From assembly GCA_965649765.1 (NCBI GenBank), contig OZ287758.1:46996001-47060000 (forward strand): DNA of 64,000 nucleotides. The letters run 5' to 3'. This DNA is from Bispira polyomma (taxonomy: Eukaryota). The position numbers were made by a program, and so were the translations under genes. Positions 22,461 through 36,191 of the stretch are shown in pieces (the stretch's first letter is position 1; every line of letters begins with the position of its first letter). The notes below the pieces were generated by a model. It saw only the letters and a list, made by a program, of their open reading frames with translations. It was not told the DNA's origin and searched no databases.

Positions 22461-25423
22461 ATGGCTTCAGCTCTCTCTATATGTTGTTATAATAGTCGTG
22501 GACATGGTATTGATAGAGTAAAATATATACAAAACCTGTGTGATAGAAATGATTTTGTATTTATACAGGAACACTGGTTGCATAGTAGACAAGTCAGTTT
22601 CTTTGAAAACAATCTTTATAATGTAAAGTCTCATACAATATCTGGGATGAATCCCAATGAACTCTTAGTGGGACGTCCGTATGGAGGATGTTCTATATTG
22701 TGGAAGTGTAATCTAACAGCCAAAGTTGTGCCAGTTTTTGTGGACTCTTCTCGTATCTGTGCTGTAAAAGCTATTTTCAATGATACTGCTATACTTTTAA
22801 TTAATGTGTACATGCCATGTAACTCCAATACAGACAGTTATGTTGAAGAAGTTAATAATATATTATCAATGGTGTCCTCTATTTGCAAAACTGCATCAGC
22901 AAATTATATAATCCTAGGTGCTGATTTTAATGCTGATCTAAACAAATCTAACCATAAAGCTACAAAAGTTATTGGAGAATTTGTGTCCAATGAATCTTTA
23001 GAATATTGCATTAAATGCAGTTTAAGTAAAATAGATTTTACCTATATGAGCACAAGTAATGAGGGTGTGTCAATAATTGATCACTTTTTTGTTTCTCGTA
23101 ACTTGTATGATGATATTATGACATATGATGTTCTTCATGACGGTGACAACTTGTCTGATCACTCTGTGGTATGTTTGAGTATAATGTGTACTAAAGTGGA
23201 ATATACAACTGTATTTGTAAATGCGAACAATAAATCCATTTGTTGGGAAAAGGCCACTGATGTGGACATTGCTAATTATCAGTCTTTGATTGATCTTACT
23301 TGGAGTAAAATTAATATCCCATGGGATGCATTGAAATGTAATAACTACTTCTGTTATGTAGATGCTGCTGATATGTGTATTCCTACCACCAATACAGTTA
23401 ATAAGAAAGGTAATATCCCTGGTTGGAATGAATTTGTATGCTCAAAAAAGAAATCAGCCATCTTCTGGCATAATATGTGGAGAAGTAATGGTTCTCCACA
23501 TAATGGTATCATTGCTGACATAAGACGAAGGACACGAGCTCAATATCATTACTCTATTCGGTTTGCTAAGAACAATCAGAATGGTATATGTGCAAAGGCA
23601 ATGGCTGACCCATCATGTAACAACTCCAGAAAATTCTGGACTGAAGTGAAAAAGAAATTAAGTAATAAAAACTCCAGTATTCTGAATGTTGATAAAGTAA
23701 CTGAAAAACAGAATATTTGTGATTTATTTGGAGATAAATATAAGACATTATATACTTCTGTACCTTATAATGTTGAAGAGATGAAAACATTATGTAACAG
23801 TATTGATAATAAAGTTGTTAGGAATTGTATTGAAGGCAAGTGTTATAATAAGCATGTAATTACTGTAAATGATGTAATTGATAGTGTTGCTAAATTGAAG
23901 AATAACAAAGGTGATGGAATACATAAGGCATTTTCTTGTAACTAAATAAATGCTCCCCACTTGTCATCTGTATATATTTCAATATTGTTCTCATGTATGT
24001 TACGTCATGGTGTTATACCAGGTGATATGACCCTTGGTACTATAACTCCAATAATTAAGAACAAACGTAAATCTTGTAATGAATCTAACAACTTTAGAGT
24101 GATAACCTTGAGTAGTATATTGGGTAAAATGTTTGATAATGTAATACTTTCTCAAAACAGTAATGTTCTAAACACATGTGATGTACAATTTGGTTTTAAA
24201 AGTAAACATTCTACAGTTAAGTGTACTTTTGTTCTAAAAGAAATTGTGCGGTATTATGGTAACAATAATAGTAATATATATTGCCTTCTACTTGATGCAA
24301 CACAAGCATTTGATCGTGTACAATATGTTAAACTTTTCAATGTCCTCTTTAAGAGAGGGATATGTCCTGTGACAGCTAGATTTTTAATTAAGTTATACAC
24401 TCAACAAAACTTACGAGTCAAGTGGGAGAACTGTTATTCATCTGAATTTGGTGTTAAAAATGGTGTGAAACAAGGAGGGGTATTGTCACCTATATTATTT
24501 ACAGTTTACTTTGATGAGCTTCTTCAAATGTTAATAAAGTCAGGTTATGGCTGTTGGATAGGCAATACATTCTGTGGAGCATTGGCATATGCAGATAATG
24601 TGACAATTTTAGCTCCAACCTTAACATCAACTAAGTTACTGTTACAAATTGTACATGCTTTTGGTAAGAAATATCATGTAAAGTTCAACCCCAGCAAAAC
24701 TAAACTTATGCGATTTGGTTCTTCGAGGAATAATGAGAACAATGAATATGTAATGTTTAACACTCATAAAATATATTATGAGACCAATGCAAGCCACCTG
24801 GGAAATCTTATTGGGAATAATACAGAAAAAGATAATATTCAGAAAAATATAAATGAATTTGTAGCAAATGTAAATATAATAATGTCTTATTTTCACATGT
24901 CTAATACTGAGATAAAATACAAATTGTTAAAAGCATACCGTATGCCATTGTATGGCTGTTGTTTGTGGGACTTTTCTGGTAATGATGTTAATGATTTTAT
25001 GTAACATGGCCTAAATGTATAAGGAGGTTATTACATATACCCCATAACACACACTGTAGGTTTTTACCTTATATTGTAAATTACAAAACTGAAGAAATCC
25101 AGTTACATAAAAGGTTTGTTAAATTTTTCAGTGATGCAATGTGTAGTGAGAATAGTTTGATTAATTTATGTTCCAATTTAGCAAAAAGTGGTAGTTGTTC
25201 TGATGTTTGCAACAGTTATGTATTTATTAAACACAAGTATGGCATGCAAAGTGATTACTCTAATTATAATGAAAACCTCTGTTGTGAGAATGAAAAGCTT
25301 AGTGTTGATGATGTTGTACATATAAATATTATACAGGACCTATTAAGTCTTAGGGAGGATGGAAATACTTTTTTAACCTATCAGGAAATAAATGAGATAT
25401 TAAAATACGTATGTACAGTATGA
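22461..25423 (+). pseudogene. LINE ORF2 (APE endonuclease plus reverse transcriptase), disrupted
   Basis: Motifs YNSRG, IQEHWL, GRPYGG, GADFN, IDH, SDH, QFGF, LLDATQAFDRV and GVKQGGVLSP. The catalytic YADD reads YADN. In-frame TAA at 23943-23945 and a frameshift near 24995. Confidence 0.93.
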
Positions 25424-25560
25424 TATAACATGTAGTATTCTTTATTATGTACATACGTGTTTTTTTTGTTTTGTTTTTTTTGTTTTTTTTTCTATCATGT
25501 TTGTATATTATAAAAAAAAATTGTACTTTGAGTACGAATAAACTATATGAATATGAATAT

Positions 25561-25722
25561 ATTATAGTGTCTGGAGTATTGGTAGCAAGTCTATTGTTCC
25601 TATCTAGTACCATTATTGTACTGACATTATAGTGTCTGGAGTGTTGATTCCAAGTCTATTGTTCCTATCTAGTATCATTCTTGTACTGACATTATAGCGT
25701 CTAGAGTATTAAAAACAAGTTT
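25561..25722. repeat. 65-bp minisatellite, about 2.5 units (right arm)
   Basis: Same unit as 20840-21740, starting attatagtgtctggag. Confidence 0.95.
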
Positions 25723-26666
25723 ACTTTTGGTTTTATATTTCTGAGAAGTGTAATGAGCAAAATTAACAACATTTAAGAGATCAAATAATTACTAGAACCT
25801 GTTATTATTGTATGCTGCTGTATCGATCTGTACCTGTTTTATAACAAGATTAGTCAATTTACTATTTTGGGTTTTTTCATCAATTGTAATGTACACATAT
25901 TTTGATGGGTATCTGTTACAAAATGACAGTGTGCTTCCCATGAATTTTTGGAATTCTTATATATATCATGAGTATATATTCAAATATAGATATATCTAGG
26001 ATAATTGTACATACCATGTTACACAAATTAGTCTTGCATCCTCATGGTCTTTTTTAAATATTTTTTATACCAAAATGAAACAATTTCAAGAAGCAATTCC
26101 GTGGATTCTGTTATAATAAACAATTCACACAATTCCCAGTGACAATTTCTGATGCAATGTATTTCATATACACAGTGACCTAGAATTGGTGACCTTGATT
26201 TCCTGACCCCTTCTTATACATGTGTCACAGGTGAGTTTGTATTTCCATTTTAGATTATACGTAAACGATACTGCCAAATCAGCATTTCCAGTGTGCATAA
26301 CTTATCAGGATGAAATGAAAGCACTTGCTGTAAGCTATGATAGAAGAATTTTCTGGCAAAGTGTCGCTAAATATCATTCCACTTCACATGGCAACATTAT
26401 TTTAAGTCTATAAATCGTTAATTTAGACTTTTCAATTATGAGTTGAATTTTTTTTTTTTACAATTTTAACAAACTTTTAATAAATGTGATCTATTCATGC
26501 TGGGTTTTTTTTTTTGGTGGTTTGTTTATCCGAACTGAAGCAGCACCCATGACATTTCTATACATGCACACTCAGGCTGAATTGCCTTCTTATTCATTTT
26601 CAAGTCACATCACAATAACTCTGTATAGAAGAGTATGCATATTGCAGTTTGACATAAGTTTATTTA

Positions 26667-26849
26667 NNNNNNNNNNNNNNNNNNNNNNNNNNNNNNNNNN
26701 NNNNNNNNNNNNNNNNNNNNNNNNNNNNNNNNNNNNNNNNNNNNNNNNNNNNNNNNNNNNNNNNNNNNNNNNNNNNNNNNNNNNNNNNNNNNNNNNNNNN
26801 NNNNNNNNNNNNNNNNNNNNNNNNNNNNNNNNNNNNNNNNNNNNNNNNN
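26667..26849. other. Assembly gap (N run)
   Basis: Run of N. Confidence 1.
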
Positions 26850-29800
26850 TTTTTCAGGCTAGATTCACCTTATTATTTTTTAAACTATGGTGAATGCTAA
26901 GAGAAAATGATTGATATAATACACAAAGATCAGTGAAATTTACTTCAAATTCATTAAATATTAACTGCTATCATATGCATAATAATCAGTGGATATAGAA
27001 AAAGAAGCATTTAAACGTCAGTCGATCAAAGAAAACAGGAAAAACAGCACAAGAACACAACAACTTAATATAACAAAATAAAAAAATACAAATTTAAACA
27101 TAATTTAATCAAATCATTTGCATTGATTGGCATCGCGGAACTACACATTTAAAAAAACACACATATTGAATAATTAAGACAAATCATTTAAACTACTCTT
27201 TATATATTTACATACACAGTAAAATATATAAAAATAATCTTACAATAATTTATGTAATCAGTATTTAACTAAAATCACCAGAACATATTTACTGATCAAA
27301 CAAAAACGACCCCGACTGTTTTCTTCTTCTTTGTGTTCATTTAAAGTGTCCCTACTAAATATACTGTGTTCGGATTTTGATTAATCATGACATGTTAAAA
27401 ACTTTTAGATTAATTTAGAAATAGTTGGTGTCAGAATTTCTTGCCTATTGGCTTTTTCAGCTATAAAATACACATTTTGAATTTTGACACATATTATTTG
27501 TTTTATCGTTAAAATATTGTTGCAATCTGAACACAAGCTAAATTGTGATCTTTGTTTTCCATTATTTCAAGAGTTCAGTGTAATTGACTCTTTGTGGTGA
27601 CGTAACAGGGCTTACAGCCTCGTTCTGACTTCATGGTGTTGTTTGTTGATATTCAAGGGCGGTATTGCTGTATGAAATATATCTCTCTCTCCATGTCTTC
27701 TTGTTGGGAGTTGTAGCAACCATCATACTCATTTCTAAAACACAAAACAGTAACACAGTGTTAACTCGACTTTTCTATCAGGTGGTCATGTTTTGGGAGT
27801 CTGGTGAAACTCATTTAAAAGTATCTACATTTGATCTCAGGGACGTTTTTTCCTCACTTTACAATAAGAGTACAGCTGCAGCATTAACAAAAAGGCCTTA
27901 ATGTTAAAACTTAGTCTTAATAATTTTGTCAGTAAAGGTTAACATTCTAGTTTTTTAGTCCCACTGACAGTTTAAAAAGCTCTTTGTTTAGTGATAACTT
28001 TGCTCTTAACCCCAAGCCTAGCAGTAGGTAATCTTAGATATTGTAGACATAAATATTAAGCGTAACACTAACTTGACCGAAAGACCCAGAGTTTGTTTAG
28101 GAACTATAGAGAAATCTATATTCAGTAGACTCTCGATTATATTAATCTCGCGATTTGTCTGAAATAAGGATTATCTCAACATAACTTATTTCTCCTAATA
28201 TTGTAATTTTTTTTACTACTTGTAAATTTAAAGTAAATGTGTTTAATTGCCATTATATTCCACAATTATTATATATTATCATCTTTTAGCATCTTTTTAA
28301 CATCTTCCAACTAGCTAAGTATCTTGAACTATTTTGGTTTTGTAAGACCATCTTGTAAAATATTCAACTACTTTTAGAGACTATCTTGTGACGTTTATTT
28401 TTTGTTTCTTTTTTTTTTTTTTTGTTTTTTTTTTAACTTTTCCATCCAAATCTATGCCTAATAATCCACAAGGGCTAAAAATTCAAACCCACACATAAGG
28501 AAATACATTTGGAGGTGAGTGTATTAGTACTACACCACCTAGGCTCATTTTGTTTTTCTGTTTCATATTTATTTCGTTTTCAATCCAAATCTATTTATTT
28601 ACAAAAAGGACCAGTTGTGGATCCAGACAAATTGTACATGTTGTACTCAGCAGTAATGCAGCAATGCGGACCTCCCCTGCATGAATGTACACCCGGTGAT
28701 GGCAAATAACTAAAAGCATCAAACCAGATGAACACTCAGGGCAAGAAAGATACAAGTCAAGTCATCAGCATCAGCAAAGTCAGGTGACTCTTTATAGTTA
28801 TCGTATCGTGTATACTTGTGTATCACTGGATCCTGATCAGCTAATCTAATTTTATAGTACCTTTAGTGTATGTGTACTTACTTGCAGAAACCACGTTGCT
28901 TATATTGTTTTAATGATTCCATTAAGCCTGTTTCTGTTCTTGGATATATGACCAATACAGCTATCTTTTGGAAGTCCCAACCAGTAGATTTGAGAGTTTG
29001 ACACAAGAATATGTCTGGTATTCTGTCTAGTAAAGCTTTGCTACGACACAACATGTGGTGCCATATAATAAACTGTGTATTTTGCAAATCAATTACAAGT
29101 GGCTTGGGATCATTTTCCATTTAATCATAAAAGGCGCATATATTTATCAATTTGTATGGAACATCATTTCTTTAGTCTATTCATAAGTCAAATTATAAAG
29201 TTAAATTACAAGGATCCATGTTGAGGGATATTGTTAACCTTTGCATATTCCCTTTTGTCCAGTTGATTTCATGAGAAAGACAGCGGTATGTTGGAGAAAT
29301 GTATTGTGACAGTAGCCACCTTCTGTTGCCAAAAGAAACCTTTGATTATTTCTGTCCTGCATTTCAAGAGGTTGCTCTGAACCAATCTCCTGGATGAATG
29401 TACACCCGGTGATGACGTCATTAGCGTGCACACACCAAACCGGGCGAACATTCAAGGCACGAAATCGGTATTCATAATAACGTCCTCTTCCAATTAGTTG
29501 TGCATACTGGGATCCAATATCCAGGTATACTGTCAATTACCCAGTCCAGTAGGTACATGTAGAGTTGCTTGTTTTAGGTCAATTCTGGTTTCGTCAAATT
29601 GATCTTTAATATGTATAATGTCTTTACTTTGAAATTACTTATCAATCAATATAATATAAAATCTTTTGACAAATTAGTAGTTGTAGTAAAAAAGCCTTTA
29701 GTTTTAACAGTATTTATAACAATTCTTAAGTTACATCATAAAAAACTGTAAATACAGCAGCTCATCTGCTTTTTGTTTTACCTTTTCATCCAGAAACTAT

Positions 29801-30784
29801 ACATCCTTGCTGGTACAAACGTCTTTAGTAAGAGTTATATCTGTTCACGTTTTAACTAAAAAAGAATTGCAACCCTTACCATTTTCGTCCGCCAATTTTT
29901 GCTATAACATACCAGATGGAATTAAGCTACAATATTTGCCAGTTTAGTATCTGCTTCGAACGATAGCATGATATGACCTTTCTTTGCAGGATTTAATCTA
30001 ATGATTATGAGGTTACATTTACTTTACTATTTAAAGCATTTATAAAGCAAGCAATTTATTACAATATAAACTTTTTTATACATGTATTTCCACAAAGCAT
30101 TTATATATAGCATCAATTTCATCACAAAACATCCCCCCCAAGTGTTAAATTCTCTGAGAAAGGTTATATATATGTTTAGTCCTATCAAATATACACTGGG
30201 AGTTGAACCTGGAACCCTCCCGATCACCAGACTAATTCCCTAGCCACTAGTCACACAAAATATGTTGTGTATGTATTTTTTGGACTTAAAAAAAAAAAAA
30301 AAATAGTTATTTGAAGTGACGTCATGAGACAATTGTAAATTGATGATTATTTTTATATGAGTGAGTGAATTAATATTCTAAAGAGAGATACACTTTAGTA
30401 AACAGCATAGTATAATCCCTAGTGTCCACGTCACAATGTTTACATGCACACAATTCAAAACAAGAAAAAATGAAATGATGTCTTTTAAATACAGTGTATT
30501 ACTTTTTTTATTGTTCTAACCTATTTATAACCTATTTTCTTGTTGGCAAAAAGGTTATATTCTGAAAAAAAAAACCATATATACATATTGGAGTTATTTT
30601 GTTGACTTCCAGAATTCCAAGCCGTATTAACGGTGGCTTCAATTTACCTGCTGAAATAAGGGGATGCAGAATAAATTCGTCGATCAGAAGTAAACAACAC
30701 GGTTGGGGGGGGGGGGGGGGATAAAAATCATAGTGTCCACATGCATGACATATTTTTGGCATCTTGGATGGTTCTAAATTAATT

Positions 30785-31299
30785 TTGTTGGCTTTTTAGG
30801 TCGCTTTCAGCAGCTTAAGTCATATCACGAGGTCAGATTTAAGGGTTTGAAGAAACCCAGTGCTGAAGCAACACTGTGAACCACCGACCACTTACGGCAA
30901 AGTACCCTGACAAACTTTGCCCACATGAAGAAAGAAACAGGTCCCTCGAAGACACACATTGGTGTGAGAGGCCAGTGATTGTGTAAAGAATTTGGATATT
31001 TAATGTCCACTCTAGTACCTTTTAGGAGGTTATATTGGGACGGGCAGTTAGAAACGCTGGAGGAAACACTGCATACAGTTGATTCATACAAGGTTCTGCA
31101 CTGAAACCAGCAGCCCACAGTGAGGAAGAACCACCTTTTCCACATAGGCATCGACATGATTCGAACTCACGCCACCCAGAGGTGAGAGACAAGTGATTGT
31201 GAAGCGCAATGCTTGCCCTACCACTGGGCCGCTGCGTCCCCTCCAGTGATTGTGTAAAGCTGGGACTTCTAATAACTACTATAGGCCGTTGTGGCTCCC
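30785..31299 (-). mobile_element. SINE family B copy (MetaSINE-like) hosting a family A insertion
   Basis: gtcgctttcagcagcttaagtcatatcacga...accaccgaccacttacggcaaagtaccctgacaaacttt...cacattggtgtgagaggccagtgattg. The head continues after 31259. Confidence 0.8.
30989..31241 (-). mobile_element. SINE family A, full-length copy with 17-bp TSD
   Basis: TSD ccagtgattgtgtaaag at 30972-30988 and 31243-31259. Confidence 0.92.
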
Positions 31300-31494
31300 A
31301 CTGCCTTGTACCAGAAGAAGATTTGCTCCTCACGTTGGAGCACATTGTACTAACTCTGCCATGGATGTGATGTGTTCACTCATGGTCTGTTGGTCTTGTT
31401 GATTAGTTACATTTGATTGTATGTTTTCTCAACAGGATTACACATAGAATATTATGATGTGATTTACATGACTTTTGGTGGAGAATGGACCAAC

Positions 31495-31682
31495 AGCTTA
31501 CGTCATATCATGACAGCCAGAATTAATGGTGGGAAACTAGTGCTGGAGCCACTTTTAACCACCGATGTACGGCAAGTACCTGACATACTTTACTTCGATA
31601 AAGGAATGCATTGGATTCGAACTCACATTGGTGAGAGGCCAGTGATTGTACAGCAGGCACTTCTGACCACTTGGTCATGGCC
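31495..31682 (-). mobile_element. SINE family B copy
   Basis: cagctta.gtcatatcatgac...accaccga..tacggcaagtacctgaca...ggattcgaactcacattggtgagaggccagtgattg. Confidence 0.75.
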
Positions 31683-34600
31683 GTGTATACAAGGAAGGAT
31701 AACAAAAAGCAAAGAAACAGTAGCATTTTACAATTGAGTGTGCTGTTCTAAGGCAATATATGAGGACGTTCTGATTTAGAATTTTTGTGGTTTTGTGGGG
31801 GGACTTTCTGTAAAATTCATAATGTCGCCTTTGTGAGGTGTAATATACGATTGCAGTATGATTTCTTCTTTCTTCAAACTGTTACTTTTTCATTATGAAT
31901 ACATATAGAGCAATACGTTAGGAATATGTGTGCCTAAAATAACCCAAACCAGTTTAGGAGATACTACTACTATTTCACACTATTACTTGACATCTCTACT
32001 GGCATACCTCCTTATTTCTACAAGTGTGTCACAATATAGAGTATATGGTGAAGACCAAGTGAAGATATGAAGAAAATACAGAAATACATGGCTGTATCAG
32101 TGGTTTGGTTTTGGTTTCTTCACCAAGTTACAAGAATTGTAAATATAATGGAAATTGGGTGTAAATTGTAATTCGTTTTAGTGTATGATCTATAGTACAA
32201 TGCTAATCAGGTTTGTCAAAAAGCAAGGTTTGAACAACACACGTGGTTTTCAATCTACGATTCACTGACGGACAAGCATCAAATGAAGACTGAAAAAAAA
32301 TAATAAATAGAATGGTATCCATAGTGTGCTCGTGTAAAACGTCACAGAGTAATAAATACAAATATATGTTATATTGTATTTCATTCAAATATATATACTT
32401 GTTCAAATAGACATTATTTCTATCGCTGAAAGAAAGTTATTTTAATCAGAAAAATGCCAAATTATTAGCAAAATATAGCAAGCATATATGAGTATTGACA
32501 CGCAGTATAATGTGCATTATGTAAATGTTTCATTTTTCTAACCTGCTGGTGTTTTGCACCCATTTCGAAAAAAAAAAAAAATGTGCACGAATTGCAATAT
32601 TTCCAAAATATCTATTGCTTCTACAAATAGTTAAATTTACAAAAAAAAAACCAAGGTTTTGAAATTTAGCAAGTACATTTCTTATATTTAAAATCAATAA
32701 ATAAAGGTTGCAAAACGATCTAGGAAAAAAATCTAAATCAGAAAAGATAGATTTTACAGTAAAATATTGCCTTTTATGAATGTGCTCTTCAAAAAATGCT
32801 TCACATCTAGAAAAGTGGGGCGACAAAATATGATAGAAATAATGAGTAAAGAATAAGAAGAGGGATAGAAATGGGGCTAGCTGTTGGATAGTTTGTAGAT
32901 TTTTCATTTCTTCTTCTCGTCATGCCAAAGAAACGTCATTTAGTAGGAACATCTGCTCCAAATCTCTATAGACATACGAGCGCATTATGAACAAAGAAAA
33001 CATCCAAACTTTAAGCGTCATATTTTGACATCCAAAGTTCGATTTTCATGCAGTTTTTACCATTTATGGCAATGCCTCAACACTCTTTGTTTTGGTGGAA
33101 TAATGTAAAATACCAGGGTAGGGCTATGTTTGCCTTTGTGACGTCAGTGACTTATTCAAGGATGAGTGTGTGATCTAGTCATGAATATTCAGGATATACA
33201 AATGACACATGGACTAGAAGTCAACACCCATCACTGGATACGCCATTTTGTTTGGTTATTTTTTTTTTTTTTTTTTTTTTGTTCTTTTTTTAAAAAAAAA
33301 ACTATTTAAATCCCTTATTATAATATATCTTTTTCATTTACTTTTCTATGTACACATTTGTTAATATCCACTGTGTCATCACAAATTATTACATTAATTT
33401 TTTTTTTTTTTTTTTGTTAATTAAATATAGCGTGTAAAAAAAAGCCATATTCTTCCATCCATATTATATAATATAGTTAAACTTAATATTCAATCATTTT
33501 CCCCCCTTATTTATTTTTAACTTATTTTTGTGGTCTCACAAACATCCTTTTCCTTTCTGTTTTTTATGTGAAAAACACAAAAACCTACATAATTATATCA
33601 ACATTAAAGTAAATCATTCAATTTCTCTAACATTACGAATCTTTTCATCAATTTCTTTTATAAAAATCAGTTTCCATCTCTTTCTGCAACTCATATGGTG
33701 TCTATATATATATTTCTCGTTCTTCACTTATACAATAGATCTATTTTTTGCCTCCAATTTCACGACACTAAAACACATTTATACATGAAAAGTCTCCATT
33801 TACATATAGATATACATGTTCCTCCTACGTTTAATAGCATTCTTTTTTAAGTATGTGACATGTCAAACCTTTAGAAGTCACTCAATATACTAACTAAAAA
33901 AATCAAATACAACCATTTCAAACATATATTTCAAACTAATTACCACCCCTTTTATACAGGTATCCATTTCACAGATATTCTTAACTACATACATATCCAA
34001 ACCACGCGTTGTACACTTGTGGTTTCTCCCCCTCAAAACACCCTCCCTGTTCTGTCACATTAAAACCCCAAAGTGGTTCAAAAACACTTTGCCAAAAAAG
34101 TGGTCCGATGAATGGATTGGATTTTTCGTCCCCCTTTTGTTCAAATTCCTTCCTTGCCTGTCAATACAAGAAAGACCCATTCTAGTTTTTATAAGGTATA
34201 ATATATCAACCAGATGCCTTATAAGAGAGGCTTAGTTACTTAAATAGCCTCCCCCCCCACCCCACCCCCCCACCCCGCCCCTCAGGACAACGCTTTACTT
34301 CCATATATAGTTAAAAGGAAATCTACCGGCAGAGTACTTGGGGCATCCAACCGGACTGCCGTTGTTGGCATGCATAGTCACATGATTAAATACCCCCCCC
34401 CCCACCCCTTCACACCGAATAAAAGCGTCCCTTTTTTATATTATTGACCCTACAAAATAATGCATTGCCTGCAAATGTTCTCCCCCTCTCCCCCTCACCC
34501 ATCCACAAATCGATGGTTTGCCAAATCCGTCGATGTATAGTGCACATTACACGCCGAATTCTATTTCTATTCTTAAAAGTTATACCATATCTTTTTTGAC

Positions 34601-36134
34601 AGAAATATAGGATCCATTAAGAAAAGCTTATTATCACATTCAACTACCTCCCTAGGTTCTACCTTGCATGCATTTCTAATTACAAGCTCCTTTTTCATTT
34701 TTTTTTTTTTTTATTGCAATATTTGACACAACGTCCTTAATTTCCTTTCCTTTTTTCGTTGTTGTCAAAAGCTACCACAGGTGTAAAATAATTAATGTTA
34801 TATCTTAAAATATTTCATTCTATCCAATCTGGCAACCACCTTATAACGTGGTTATATATGAAGTGGAAGTAAAATTTAAAAACAGTGTCTTGCAAGAGAT
34901 CAAGAAACATGTATGTAATTACATAGACCCTTCCACATCACCCCCTCGCAACCCACACACAAAGGAGTAGCATTGTACACTGGGGTTCAAACAGTACAAG
35001 ATATTAAATCTTTGTCATACATTCCCCTTTCTTTCTTGCCTCATAGAATTTCCTTTTGGTATTTACCGCAAAACCAAAAGATCTCCGGTTATCAAACGTG
35101 TCTCGAGTACCGCCATTGAGGAGGTCGTAAATTTGACTGGCTTCGCATTTACAAAAAATATATATTTATCCGTTTTATATATAACACAGTATCTAAAATA
35201 TATATATATATATATCACTATCTTAAAGCTACACATTTCTTTATAGAAGCATTTTAGTGGTTGTACTTTTTGGTCATATATAAAATATTGATATAAAGAT
35301 CTGGCTTTTCCCAAGCAAACCTACTTGTAATTTCACAAAGAAATTTCCCCAAAATAAAACCCTCTTCACATATATTATGTTTTTAATTTGACCATCTTTT
35401 TTACGAGGTCATTGCTAGAATCCCGAATCATATTTTTAAAAGCCAATTCACCTATGTATGGAGTTATACATTAAATCATAAATTTTACAACCACTTCAAT
35501 AAAAATGTATTTTTTAAGCATTCTAATTTATCCAGGTTTTCAATTTTTATTTTTTTATATAATGACATTGCCTCTGATTTATATATTAGTTAGCAAACAA
35601 TAGATTTCAAACACCGTCTGACAAAAATCTTATAAATTACTTCCTGAATTATTATAAAAGATCCTTGATTTTTAATTTTTGTTTTATATATATATATAAC
35701 TACTGATTCTTTTAGGTTTTTTGTCTGCTCCTTCAGTATTTACATACACGAATACACACATAGTTTTCTTGTAGACACAAGCCCACACATGCATTGCAAA
35801 GTTATTTGCAGAAATACGCCCTGTACAATTATTTATACCCAAAGACACCCCCCCCCCCCCCACACCTCATTTTGGGTCGCCCCTCTTGTATTAATATTTG
35901 CATCTCAACATCAAAATGTTCTTAAATTCCCAATAAATTACTAGACATGTAAAGTATTTTACATGTCTACTGATTCCAACAGTGTTGTCTGTGTTCGTGT
36001 TTATACAGTACACTAACAATCCTATTAATGCATATACACAATTCTTACAACTTAACAAAATTCTCTACTACATGAAAGGTTATTATGTACATTTTTTTCC
36101 ATTTGGCATTTGATCTAGTATTTAATCAGCTTAC

Positions 36135-36138
<4 letters not shown>

Positions 36139-36186
<48 letters not shown>
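36139..36186. repeat. (TA)n microsatellite
   Basis: Direct observation. Confidence 0.95.

Positions 36187-36191
<5 letters not shown>

Larger units (their letters stand above)
21741..25560 (+). mobile_element. CR1/L2-group non-LTR retrotransposon, 5'-truncated within ORF1, inactivated
   Basis: ORF1 remnant plus ORF2 (APE endonuclease and RT). AATAAA at 25537-25542 and a (tatgaa)n tail. The flanking 65-bp array resumes in register and there is no TSD. Confidence 0.95.

Noticed and set aside
26486-26893. ORFs spanning N runs (also 7768-7964)
   Set aside because: Artefacts of assembly gaps.
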